64,000 nucleotides of DNA. Source: the human T2T-CHM13v2.0 reference genome, Homo sapiens. This document shows positions 28,730 through 41,332 of this stretch, piece after piece. The position numbers and the translations under genes were made by a program. The stretch lies in the NCBI RefSeq assembly GCF_009914755.1, contig NC_060925.1; one strand, given 5' to 3'. The notes under the pieces were generated by a model. It was not told the DNA's origin, made no database searches, and saw nothing but the letters and a program-made list of their open reading frames with translations. Every line of letters starts with the position of its first letter. The stretch's first letter is position 1.

Positions 28730-31015
28730 TGTCACAGTGGTAGGTAGGCTCGCAGGAAGATCAGTGGTTCCTGGAGGCCATGAGATTGTCCCTCACAAGT
28801 CTCCCACTGCAGGAGTGTAATTGACCCAGAGCATCAGCTGCTGCCCTCTGAAACTCATCACCACATTTGCACCAAGCCTGCAGCCCCTCAGGCTGTTCCC
28901 CACCTGTGACCGAGTGCAGTGAGGAAACTAAGGAAGACCCAGTGCTGGTAGACACAGGACTCTTATCAGCCCGGCTCAAGGACTCCCGAAGGTGTTACCA
29001 AACCTTCCTTAGATTGCACAGCAGTTTAGGCAACTCTATCCAATCTCAATCTGCACCATTTCTCTCCCGCGCTCTCTCTCTGGTAAGTCTCTCAACTTCC
29101 ACAGCTCTTTATTTCCTTTCACACAAGTATTTCCCTGCATGAAATCCTTGCACATTGAATCCCATGTTAGTAACTGTTTCTCAGAGGACCTGGATTAGCA
29201 CAAGTCATAAGTGAGCGGTCTGAGAAATCAGGCAGTCAGATGGTAATTTGGGACTGGCTCACCCAGCACCCAGAAGGCAGACAGGAAGCCATCCTAAGGG
29301 ATATGTGGTCAGCGATAGTCCTTGGCTGTAGGTGGTGGTTCAGTTTTTAATGTTTTCATTGATAGTGACCCGAGAAAATGTCCTGGTGGAGGGAAAAGCT
29401 ATGGCAGGTGCAATGGTAAAGGGATTTGAAAAACATGGGGATCACAAAGACATGATTGAGTTATACTAATGACCTGCACAAAGTGGAGACCAAGAGCCAT
29501 AGCAGCTAATGGAGATAAGAATAAAAAGCAGTGTCTCTTATAAAGAGGTCATCGTCACCAATAGTAAAAAGGCAGACACAATTGAACACTAAGCTGAAGA
29601 CCTGGGAGTCACAGGGCTCCAGAAATGTTTGCACACAGCTACTTTAGGTCTGTTACTGGGCGGTTGAGGCCCTGGTAGAGAAAACTTTTGATCCTAAAAA
29701 CTAGGACAGGAAAATCTGGATGGATGCCTCTGAAGGTGTTGAGCTCTGCAACCTCCACCCCTCCCACCCGCCTCTGGGCACGCAGAGATGGCCCACTGCT
29801 CCCTATTAAGGGTTAGCCCTTTTGCTGTACTACAAGATGCTGCAGAAGCCTCGGCCTCACAGGGCGACAGGTGCCCCCCCACCTACAAGGCTGTTGGTTA
29901 ATGTCTACAATAATAATAACAAACAAGAATGAAAGAAGAGGCTGAGGGACATTGCCCCAATAAAAAGTCATGGTCCCTTGCTCAGTCCCGAGACCCAGAG
30001 TACATTTTCAGACCCAGAACCCATTGACTGAAGAGGCGGCCAGGTTCCCAGGAAGAAGGATCCTGCAACACTGTGGCAAGTATTATATATACCATGACAA
30101 TTCCCCCAGAGACCTGTGGCTGTTTACTCAGGTGACTTTCCTGGGGAAAGAGGAATAAGCAGACATTTTGAGGACTATTACACACAGGTCTCAGTTGACA
30201 TTAATACCCAGAGACCCAAAGTGTCATCAAGCCTCCCCTTTAGAGTGAGGGCCTATGAGAGCCACAGTGGCTCCACCCACCCCGGGGCCTTTCCCAGTCT
30301 CCAAAGCACATACTTAGAATTATATACTTGGCCGTGGGAGTAACGCCCACATCAAGGCCCTTGGTTTGTGAAGCAGGAGCAATCAGAGTGGGAAAGGCCA
30401 AATAGAAACCTCTGAAACTGGCCCCTCCACAAACTCCGACAAAGTGAGAAAACTGTTATTCTGGCGGGTTGCAGGGGGAGGCAGATATTATTACCATCAT
30501 TAAAGACCTAAAAGATGCAGGGTTGGTGGTCCCTGTTGTATCTTTGTTTAATCGCCAGTCTGCAGAAAACAGATGGATCCTAGAGAATGACTGTTGACTC
30601 CCGCAGACTCAACCAGGTAGTAGCACCAGTTGCAGCTGGTGTGCCAGATATGGTGTCACTGCTAGGGCAGATTCATCAGACCTTGGGTATACGGCATGCA
30701 ACTACTGACTCTGCAAATCTGTTCTTTTCCATCCCAGTGAGAAAAGAGGATGAGAAACTGTTCACATTCACATCAACAACAATATTCAATGATCTACCTA
30801 TTCTATGGAATTTCTAAGTAGATATCCTCATTTAGATAACTAACAAAGCAAGTTCATGTCTGGTCTGATCACGGTAGAACAGATGCCATGGTAGACTAGA
30901 TGCCTGGGTGCCATGTTGTTGTGGCATCAATGTTGTACCCATTAAGAATGGAAAAGGCACTAGGGAAGCTGACTGCCCAAGTTTCAACAAGGATGACCTC
31001 CATCTTGTCACCAAT
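28730..31015 (+). mobile_element. ERVL element: LTR16-like LTR (~28730-29201) plus HERV16-like internal fragment
   Basis: LTR end aatccttgcacattgaatcccatg...ttctcagaggacctggattagcaca. ORF 30587-30817 MTVDSRRLNQVVAPVAAGVPDMVSLLGQI...DSANLFFSIPV is an ERVL RT N-terminal region. Confidence 0.75.
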
Positions 31016-31619
31016 AGGGGATCATGTTCTTGGAGACGAGGGAGGCACAGAATTGAGAAGTGAGCTATGTTGAACCCTTACCACCTATCTAGGGAAAGTT
31101 ATTTGTCTTGCCTGAAATATAACCTCCAGATATAGACTAGCAAAGCATTATCAAAAACCTAGCCAATCACATTTCACTTTCATTTGAACAACCTGGTACA
31201 ATTACCAATGGCTTCAAAAGTCAAGTATATCAATTCCAATTATGCATAACTTCATAACTAAAGACGTCTAAGACAAAGAGCACCATTGTCCCCTGAATTG
31301 TCTAACTAGGCTATCTTCTCAGGGACCTGGTCATTTTGAAGTGGAAAATAAACAGTTTCAAGATCTACTGGAGAATTCATATGCCCATCTTCTAACACTG
31401 CACTGTATATCCAAATCTTGCAGTAAGTATAGTCAACCAATAACAACTGATCTAACAGAGGATGGGGCATGGGGAGTAGGGTGGGGGGAGCTGAGCATGA
31501 CCTCTCAAATATTTCTCATGGTGGAGCAGACAGGAAACCAGCAGGGGTCTGGAACACATAAGCCATTCTTCACTCTGGCTACCACCTCAGTGGAGGTGAC
31601 AGAGTTTTAGATAGCCATC

Positions 31620-32082
31620 TGTGGTAGCCAGCTTCCAGGATGGGCTCCAGTGATCCATGTATTCACACCCTTGTGCAGTATCACCTCATATTGCTCCAGA
31701 GTTGGTCAGTATGATCAACAGAATATAGCAAAAGTAAGGGTAGGTCACTTCTGAGACCAGGTTATAAAACACTGCAGCTTTCTTGTTGATGACTCTCCCA
31801 TTCTGTTTTGGATCAATTGCTCTGGGAGGAACAGCTACCATGTCATAAGTAGCCCTACAGACAGGCCCATGTGGTGATAAACTAAAGCCTCCTGCCAGCT
31901 GATCTGTCAGTGAGCTTGGAAGCAGATCCTCAGGCCCCAGTCAAGCCATCAGATGACTGCAGCTCCACCAGAGACTCAAAGCCAGAAACACCAACCTAAA
32001 CCGCTCTTGGATTCCTGACCTTCAGAAACTTTTAAGCTGCTACGTTTTGGGGTAATTTGGAACATAACAATAAATAAAACAC
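31620..32082 (+). mobile_element. MaLR solo LTR (MLT1E/F-like)
   Basis: tgtggtagccagcttccaggatgg...gtcacttctgaga...gatgactgcagc...ttttaagctgctacgttttggggtaatttg. Confidence 0.75.
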
Positions 32083-32996
32083 AGACTCAGTTCATCTCTA
32101 CAACACAGAGAGCAATAAGCTTTAAAATTAATTTTCCTTTATAATGGTTTGGGCAGCTTAGATCTCCCCCAGGCTACCTAAGAAATAGTGATTTTCTATG
32201 CTTTGCTTTCTGTTGCCGGGGCCTCTCTATCTAGGGAGGGATATTGGTGGGAAACTGGAAGGCAGGAGGAGGAGGGACTTCCTGTTTTCTACCTTCCGGT
32301 CAGCAGGAATGTAGGCAGGCTTCTTCATCTAGCAGCAGTAGCGCTTGATTTCAGCAGCGGTGGATAATTCCTAGCTCGAAGTTTTTAAAACTTTCCAGGG
32401 CCGATGTCATTGTGCCCCTTTAGAAATACCAGAGACCAGCAGTTCTCCTCTTCAGGGTTTGCAATTCCAGCTTAATAGGGCTCTCCTGCAAGCTTCAAAA
32501 ATCTTTCAATTCTGACCTCTTTATTCCCCCAGACCTAAGTGTCCTAGCTGTTTCTAGCTTTCTGACACCTCAGTGTTCCCTTTTTGTTTCAGCCCTCTAA
32601 TACCCAATTTACAATTCTGTATACTAAATTCTCTTTGTTCATCCGTTTCCTGACAACCACCTCAAATAAGTCTGCATGTTATGTTCTACTACTGTCTCCT
32701 TCAATTTAAATTATAAAATTATGAGTGAATATTTATATTCTATTGTATATTATGTAATAGAATAATTCTATATATAAGAATTTATATTATATATTTTATT
32801 ATAGGATATATGTAACTATATTCTTTTCTTTCACTGGATTATAAGCTTCATGAGGGTAGGGTCATGTCTGTTCTATCATAGTGAATTAGTGATACAGATA
32901 TATAATACATAATATATATAAATAAAATGTAATATATAATACAGATTATATATTATAATATGTAATATAAGAATATTATTATATAAGTATATTTTT

Positions 32997-33306
<310 letters not shown>

Positions 33307-33614
33307 GAAGAATATATTTTTATATTACATTTATTTTATATATATGTAAGAATATATATATTCTTCTCTGTGTTTCACTGGATTGTAAGCTTCATGAGAG
33401 TAGGATCATGTCTGTTCTATCACAGGTGAATTAGTGACGCAGAGGCTGACACACCAAAGGTACTCATTTAACACTTGTTCAATGAATGAAGGATGGATGA
33501 TTCATTATTGATGGATCAATACCTGAATTACATGAGCAGCATAACTCATTCCATCATTAGATGATGAATTCTATTTTGTACCTGATAAATTCAAAGTAAC
33601 CATGGGCCATCCTG

Positions 33615-34092
33615 TGTGGTAGGGCAGAATCCCAGCCCCCCCGGGAGATGTTCACATCCTAATCTCCAGAATCTGTGGCTGTTGCCTTTCATAGGAAGAA
33701 AGGACTTAGCAGGTGTGATTAAGGATCTTGAGATGGAGGGAGACTCCTCAGTTATCAGGTGGGCCCAATCTAATCACAAGGCTCTTCATAAGTAAGAAGG
33801 AGAAATAAGGGAGTCAGAGAAGACATGATGATGGAAATGGCGTGTGGGGTGGGGGGTGGGCACTGGAGTGACGGGGCCATGAGCCATGAGCCAAGGAATG
33901 AGGGCAGCCTCTAGAACCTGGGAAAGCAAGGAAGCAGATTGTCCCCTAGAGTCTCCAGAAGGAACACAGCCCTTGATGTTAACCCAGGGAGACCCATTTT
34001 GGACTTCTGATCTCTAGAACTATAAGAAAATAAGTTTGTGTTATTTTAAACCACTAAGTTTGTGGCAATTTGCAGCCAAGGGAAACCAACAC
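33615..34092 (+). mobile_element. MaLR solo LTR (MLT1B/C-like)
   Basis: tgtggtagggcagaat...ccaaggaatg...gattgtcccctagagtctccagaaggaacacagcc...ttttaaaccactaagtttgtggcaatttg. Confidence 0.8.
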
Positions 34093-34589
34093 ATCCTGTT
34101 AGAGAAGTCCAAGAGGCTGTAGGTTATACTGGCCTAGCACTCTGGAGAGAGAAGAGCACCGAAGATGGAGACATGCGGCTCTTCAGTATACATGCAACAG
34201 TTACAGCTGAGAGTGGATGAGATCACAAAGGGCAAAGGGAGTGTGTACAGTAAGAGTTAAAGTGAATCTATGGGGACTGCAGCCAGGACTAAATAAGGTG
34301 CAAATGCACAGTGCCTTTTCCCCACCTTTCACAGGAAAAAGGGCTTAGCAGATGTGATTACGTAGTTTGTAATTGCTTAAGGTGGGGAGGAACACCATGG
34401 GAGGAAAGAGAAGCAAGGCAGCTGATGCACCAAAAACAGGTTTTAGAACTTTGTCAACAACCTTCCAGAGGACAGTCAAGTAATGATGTGCACAGCATTT
34501 ACTGTCCCCCAACACTACCTGACAAACCATATTTTCCAAGTTTACTTATTTCCTCTATTTTACATCACCTTCTGTCTCTCCAAACTCCC

Positions 34590-36612
34590 TATGCCCCTCT
34601 CCTCACGTCTTACTCTTTGAAGACATTCTTGCCTCATAATTCACTGAGAAAGTAAAAGTAAATCAGGAATAAACACCCTCATTTCCTACACTCCCGTATT
34701 TCTAACCTGCCTACCCGTCTCCGTGCCTTCTATGCCGTAACTGTGCACCTGCATCTGCCTTCTATGCCATCACTACAGATGAAGCATCCCCCCTACTAAA
34801 CAGCAACCATTAACTTGTGTCCTGGATCCCTCTCCCTTCTTTGCCCTTGCAAATCTTTCCCTCTCCTATATCAATTTTTCTCCCTTTACATGCAAGTATG
34901 CCTCAGCATCTCCCATCTTCAAAATGCCCTCCATTGACCACACCGCCTTATCCAGCTGTTGCCCCCAAGTTAAGTTGTCTCCCTTTTGTCACCTTACATT
35001 TGCTTCTCAAACTGTTAAAGCAGTTATTTAAATCTCACTCCTCCCAGAGACCGCTCACATCAAAGCTACCAGTGATTTCTATATTGCTGAATCCAATAGT
35101 CTTGACATCAATGTTATCATGTTCTTTCTGATTTTCCTCCTGCCTCCGTGCTTCCTCTTCATACTTTACTTGACCTCTACATGGTGAAGGGTCCTAGAGC
35201 TTTGTTCTTGGCCCACTTCTTTTTAGCTACACATATTCCTAGGTCATCCAACCAAGCCCCAAGTCTATAAATGGCCATGACTCCAGTTTATTCAAATGTC
35301 TACTACTTGGCAGTCATGGATGTCTAAAAGGCATCTCAAACTTAGCATGACCAAACCATAGCTCTTGATTTCCCTACCCCCAGCCTGCTCCTCCCCAAAA
35401 TGTTTCACATCTTAGAAGTGCCAGGACTATCCACTCAGTTCCCCAAGTCAAAAATCTAGAAGTTATTCTCGAATCCTCTCTCCCTAACCAACTCAACATC
35501 TAACCCATTAGCAAGTTCCACAGACTTTACTCCAAAATATTTAAACTCTAATTATTTCGGTCTCCACCACTATCAGCCACAACGAAGCCACTTGCTGGCA
35601 TGCACTTCTGGAACAGCATCCAATTGGTGGACTTGATTAACTTTTGCCACATAACCACCCCCAAAACTTTGTGACTTAAAACATTATTTCTCACATTCTG
35701 TGGGTTGGCTGGTCAGTTCGTCCGATCCATGTGGTTGTGGCCAGGGAAGGATAGTCCGGGAGAGCTTCACATGTTCGCAGTTGGTTGGTTGTCAGCTGGA
35801 TGTGGGCCGTGACTTGACCACGTGTCCCTCATCATCCATCAGGCTAGCCCACACTCATTCCTAAAATGGTGGTCACAGGACTCCCAAGTTCAGCAAGAGG
35901 GCAAGCCCCAACTCACAAGTGTTTTTTAAGCCTCTGCTTGCACGATGTTAATGTCCCACGTCCACAGCAAGTCACAGTCCAGTGCAGTCAGTGGGGGTAG
36001 ACACCACCAAAGAGTATAATTTGGGAGACTGGAAATAATTTGTGGCTATTTTCACAATCTGCCACACTCATCTCCCTATTTCCACCTCCTTTGCCTCTCT
36101 GAAATCCATTTTCCACACAGCAACCCAAGTAATCATTTTTAAACACACGCACACTCATTTCACTCCCTGGTCCAAACTTATGGCTTCGTTTAAAATACAA
36201 CCCCTGTTATGAATTTTAAAATCCTTCCGGGATCTGGCCTCTGCCTACCTGCCCAGCTCATCTAGTACCGTCGACTCCTTGCCTACTGTGTCCCAGCAAG
36301 AGTGATCTTTTGTTTCCTTGAATACAGAAAACTCCTTCATGCTTCAGATCTTTGCATTTGTTCCCTTTGACTGAAATACTCCTCCCCCTCATATCTGCGG
36401 GGCTGGCTTTGTCATTCACATTTCAGCTTAAAACTCATTACAGCGATCTTCCCCGTGCAGCCAATTTAAGAATGACTTCACCTTACTTAAATTTTCTGCA
36501 AAGCACATACCAGTGATATTTTGTTTGTCCCTGTTCCTGTTTATCACGGCATTCCCGAGGGCCTACAACACTGCCTGGCACATAGGAAGCACATAACAAA
36601 CATTTGTTGAAT
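34590..36612 (+). mobile_element. L2 fragments interrupted by a MaLR-like LTR (~35620-36065)
   Basis: L2-like ggatgtctaaaaggcatctcaaacttagcatgaccaaa and 3' end cctggcacataggaagcacataacaaacatttgttgaat. Confidence 0.6.
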
Positions 36613-36987
36613 TAATGCAGAGCTGCATACTACGTCCCAGGATTGTGCTAAGCTACGGTTACTGTACCCTTCCCATCTCAGCAGGATAGTTTCACAAAAT
36701 GTAAATTCCACATTGAGGATTAATTGGATGCACGTTACACCTCATCCCACACCAGTAACTCGTCTTCCTCTATTTCCCCACCACTCCCCTTGCCAAATAA
36801 AAGGTGAGGAAGCATTTGGAAAACTTAGGGTCATCACTCTGGTCTTTTGCCACATTTCGCTGGCTTCATCGAGCTCAACGCAACATGAACTACTAACAGC
36901 AGCACCACCTGAGATGAGAGGGTGAATGAAGGTAGGAGATTTCACCGCCCGCGGGCGGCAAGGGATCTGCCGCAGCTCTAAAGCACT

Positions 36988-37143
36988 GCATGCTGGGAGT
37001 TGTAGTCTCCCGGGGAGGCCTGGTCTGGTAGGACCGGGGCCCCCGCGGCATGCAGGGAGTTGTAGTCGAAGGGCTGTTGAGACTCCGCCTCTGCACTTAT
37101 AGTAGCAAGAGGGGAATCCTCACTGCATGCTGGGAACTGTAGT
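36988..37143 (-). promoter_or_regulatory. Three extended SBS motifs (ZNF143 / THAP11-HCFC1 type, ACTACAnnTCCCAGCATGC)
   Basis: gcatgctgggagttgtagt 36988-37006, gcatgcagggagttgtagt 37048-37066 and gcatgctgggaactgtagt 37125-37143, all in the same orientation. Confidence 0.85.
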
Positions 37144-37572
37144 CTTCCTGGGTCCCCGTTCCTCCAGGACGCGGAGGCGCCGGAGTTGCCGCCATTTTAG
37201 GTCCCGAGGTGCGCCGGCCGAGAACCAGAGCGCAGGCGGGCTCAGTCCTGGCGCCGGGCCGGCCCCGCCCCCGGGGCGCCTGGCGCCCGCCCCTTGCTCA
37301 AGCCCCGCCTTTCCCCACGTGTCTGCCGCCTAGGGGAGGTGCCTCATCCGGAGCGGGCCGCCAACGGTCCGGCCCCGTCCGCACAGACGCTCCTGTCGGC
37401 GGCGCCCGGGAGCGGCTCGGCTGCCCGATGCTTCCGCCCCGGCTGCCGCGGGCCGGGCTGTACGCTTAGTGCCCGGCTCAGGCCCCCTGAAGCGCCCGCG
37501 GGGGTGAGAGCGGCCTCCGGCCCCGCGGAGACGGAGCGGCTTGAGGACGAGGCGGCGGCCGCGGGGAGGAGG

Positions 37573-37614
37573 ATGGGGGCTAACCAGTTAGTGGTGCTCA
37601 ACGTGTACGACATG
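37573..37614 (+). CDS. DESI2: DESI2 (desumoylating isopeptidase 2 / PPPDE1) first coding exon
   Basis: ATG in strong Kozak context (aggATGg) encodes MGANQLVVLNVYDM, the recognised DESI2 N-terminus with the PPPDE-family V.LNVYD motif, followed by the canonical donor ATG|gtgagt (phase 0). Confidence 0.95.
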
Positions 37615-40600
37615 GTGAGTGCGGCCCCTGGCGGCCCCGAGCCCTGGCCCAGGCCGGCTTCCTCTCGCCCGTGGGGCTCGGACCCCGGCCCCAGGCGCTT
37701 CCTGCCTGGCGTCTCCGCCTCCAGCCTAGTTCTCGGGGGAAGCCGGGGGTGAAGGAGGGAGTATTGTTATTTTTTAATCCTCGCACTCGTCGACGCTCCG
37801 GTGAACCCAGTCAGCCCGAGGGTTTTGGCCAAAGCTCGGGTGGGCTTGAACCTCTCCCATCCGCTCAGCTTGGACCCGACCCCGGCTCTGGGCCCGACCC
37901 CTTGGCCGACGTGCAGTGTCCTTTCGGCAAAGCTTCCGTTGCGTTTCCAACCCCACTTGCCGGCCCCCGGGGCTGCCCCGGGACCCCCGTCCCGACCGCC
38001 TGCGCTCCCAGCTCCTCTGCTTCTGCCGAACTGTCCGTCTCTCTCCATGGCTACGTCTTCAGAAACTCCCAAGCCCCTCTAAGTCCAGAAGGTCACAGCT
38101 TTCGGGTGCCTGTGCTAGAATCTCTTCAAAGGTGAACAGGAGCCAACACACCCTTTCCTTGTGTGTTAAAGGCAACCTCGTTAAAATATGAATGAGGCTA
38201 ACATTTCTCAAGAAAATAGCCCAGCTGAATTATTTAGAGATCCTGGTGGTGCTCCTTTCCTACACTCTGAAGACCACTTTCCAGGTGATGCAACAGGTGA
38301 CGTGACCACGGGAGAGGGAAGGGAAGAAGTTGTTTATTGTATCATCTAACTTTGGAGTATGGCAAGCACGCAGAATCGAGTCCAAGAACTGGTTTGCCTG
38401 ATTTTTGCAGTGAAATGCCCCCAGAAAAAAGCACCCGGTAGAGAATTGTCGTTGCAGTTAGATGCATGTTTGGGTGTGTTTGCTTGCTTTGTTCTGTAGA
38501 ATGGGTTTTTGTTCTGTAGACTGGATTAGTACCTCTGACTGCAGTGCTTAAAATTCCTTGTAAGTTGACTGACAAATGAAAAATTGCCCGTCGTTATTTT
38601 TGTTGGCTTAAAGATGCAGGAGAGCAGAAATACTACAGGCCAAGAGTCTTATACAGTTCTAAACTTTGTATTCCCTTGTATTATTTATAAGTTTCTAAAT
38701 TTACAGTGTTATTATATCTTGGGTAGAGTGGGATTTCTCATGCCATATCTGGGAATTGTGTCAGAAGGGTGTAGGAACTGCCTGCCACTTGAGATGAGTC
38801 CTCTGTTGAATTCTGATGTGAGCCTGGAGATGAAAGGAGATGAGTTAACATGCTGAGAAAAGTGGAACAGGACAGAAAAAGTTGAAGAGGAGAATAAGCC
38901 AAACAAAAGATCCTAGAAAACCATGGCACTTTGTAAGTTCTGTGGCCTGTGTCACTGGTTGAGAAATAATTCTCTGGATTTAAACTTTTTGTGTTCAGCT
39001 GAACACCTTTATCTTTCAAGACTCTTAACTGCCCTTTTACTTTCTCTGTGCACATCCCCCTAATCTGAATTTGGTTTGTTTTTTATTCATGAGGGCTATT
39101 ACTGTCTTTCAGAATATATTCTGCTCTTGAGATCACAGTGTGCCTTTTCTCCTAGATTATTAAACAAACCCGTATTTAAATTAGGAGTATACAGTGGCCA
39201 GAAGCCATGGTTTCAGAGCCTAAAAGAATTTGTGAGAATAGAGGAAGAGAGTTTTACCTTTTATATGAAAACGAAAATGCATGTTTTGGCATATAGTGGG
39301 CTTCTTTACACTTGAGGCATTCTGTGATACAGGAAAATCTGCAAATTGTGGTCGATTGGGAAAAGCTAGAGATGGTATTCAGTATTTTCGAAGGGAGGAC
39401 TGTTCTGAACGATGTTAAAATATTGACTAATGAGCGAGATCTTATTCTTCACATCAAGTTTGTAAAATAGGTAGTTAGAGAAGCAGCAGACAGGGGAGAG
39501 AGTAAGTGATCTGCCTAAACAACTAAAAATACAATCTAGAATTTGTAGACCAAAATCTGATTCACTATCTTCTCTACTAATTCCTGCACTTATGTCTTTA
39601 TATTGCTTTTGCCTGTGAACAGGAGATGAAGCATATGAATGTTTATCGGAATGATAAATAGTTGAATTATTAGACTTTTAATAAACTTGGTCTTATATGT
39701 TCTTTTGAGGGCTTTGAGTGTTTTATGTCACTAATTCAGCAACCTACCATTACTTATTATTTTTGACCTGGTAGAAGCCACAAGGATGAGTTAACTGTCC
39801 TTTCTTCTTTAAGGAATTTAGAGTATTGTAGAGGAGATACACAACAGTGGCAACAATTCAAGACAGAATAGCATGGTTTTGATAAGAGCAGACAAGGATG
39901 CAAAGGAGGAGACTATGTAGTTGTAGGATCAGGGAATGCTGAAAAATCAAAGGTATGAAACTTGAAGAATGGGTAGCATCCACAAGGACAGAGAACAATT
40001 GACGTGAACAAAATGGCAGGAATAGGGAAAGCGCAGGTGGGATTTGGGAACTATCAGCTGGTCCAGTATAACTAGAGTAGAGCATAAATGAAAGGAGACA
40101 AAACTGAAAGTTTGATTAGAACTTCTTTAGTCAGATGTGTTGTGGGCTTGGGTGAAGGGCTGAGGGGGCTCCTTGAGCCAGCAGAACCATTTAAGGTTTT
40201 CATGGAGGGGAACAGTGTGATCAGTTGTTTAGATTGAGATACAAATTTTGGTCTGTTATACTAATTTTTCTCAAGTCAGTTTTGGTTTTTGAAATATTTT
40301 TGTTTGATGCCAAGGGTAAATTCCTTTTATCTTTGGTAATTCTTCCTATTCATCAGAGATGCTTTGGATGAGGGTTGCTGTTGTCTGTATAGGCCTAGTA
40401 CATCAGCTGTCTGGTTCCAACTCTGTAAATATGAAAATCAACCTTAGGGATGCCCTTATAATCATGGTTATAGGGACCTCTTGCCATGTGTCCTTGTGTC
40501 TCTTTGTTAGATTGTCACCCGTTCCAGTTCTGATTGTATTTTTCTATTTTCTAGATTGGGCTGCTGCGGATCATTTCTTTTCTTCCATAACTCTGCCGTA

Positions 40601-40968
40601 TGCATGAAAATAATTCTATTGGGGGTCACCAGTATTAACTTCCTTCTCATGGAAGAAGAGTGTGATCCTCAGAAGGTTACTTAATTATGCATAGTGTTCC
40701 TATTGCTTGCTGCCTTATCAGTGATTATGTTCCTCTGTGTACTTTGGAGTAATCTACCACCAATAAAAACGTCCTGGAGCTACTTTCTGAGTCGTGGGAA
40801 TGAGCTTGTTCACGTATTCCTAATTGACTGGCACACATAGCAAAGCAGGTGACTCAGATTAGTTTCAAATACTGAGACAAATCTCTGGTGTAGTCATTTT
40901 AAGTCTTCATTTTTCATAGATCCAGATTTTGTGCTTTTCAGGTTATCTTGACTAATGAATTTTTATAA

Positions 40969-41332
<364 letters not shown>

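Larger units (their letters stand above)
36940..38060. promoter_or_regulatory. DESI2: CpG island / promoter of DESI2
   Basis: Sharp rise in GC and CpG density. GC boxes (ggccccgccccc 37261-37272), E-box CACGTG 37316-37321 and a YY1 motif at 37188-37197 surround coding exon 1. Confidence 0.9.

Noticed and set aside
36988-37143. Repeat-spacer-repeat pattern resembling a CRISPR-like array
   Set aside because: Only three 19-bp units with unequal spacers in a mammalian promoter; fully explained as transcription-factor motifs.
37127-38191. Multiple long Pro/Arg/Gly/Ala-rich ORFs on both strands around DESI2 exon 1
   Set aside because: Expected from stop-codon depletion in a CpG island; only 37573-37614 matches a known protein and ends at a canonical donor.
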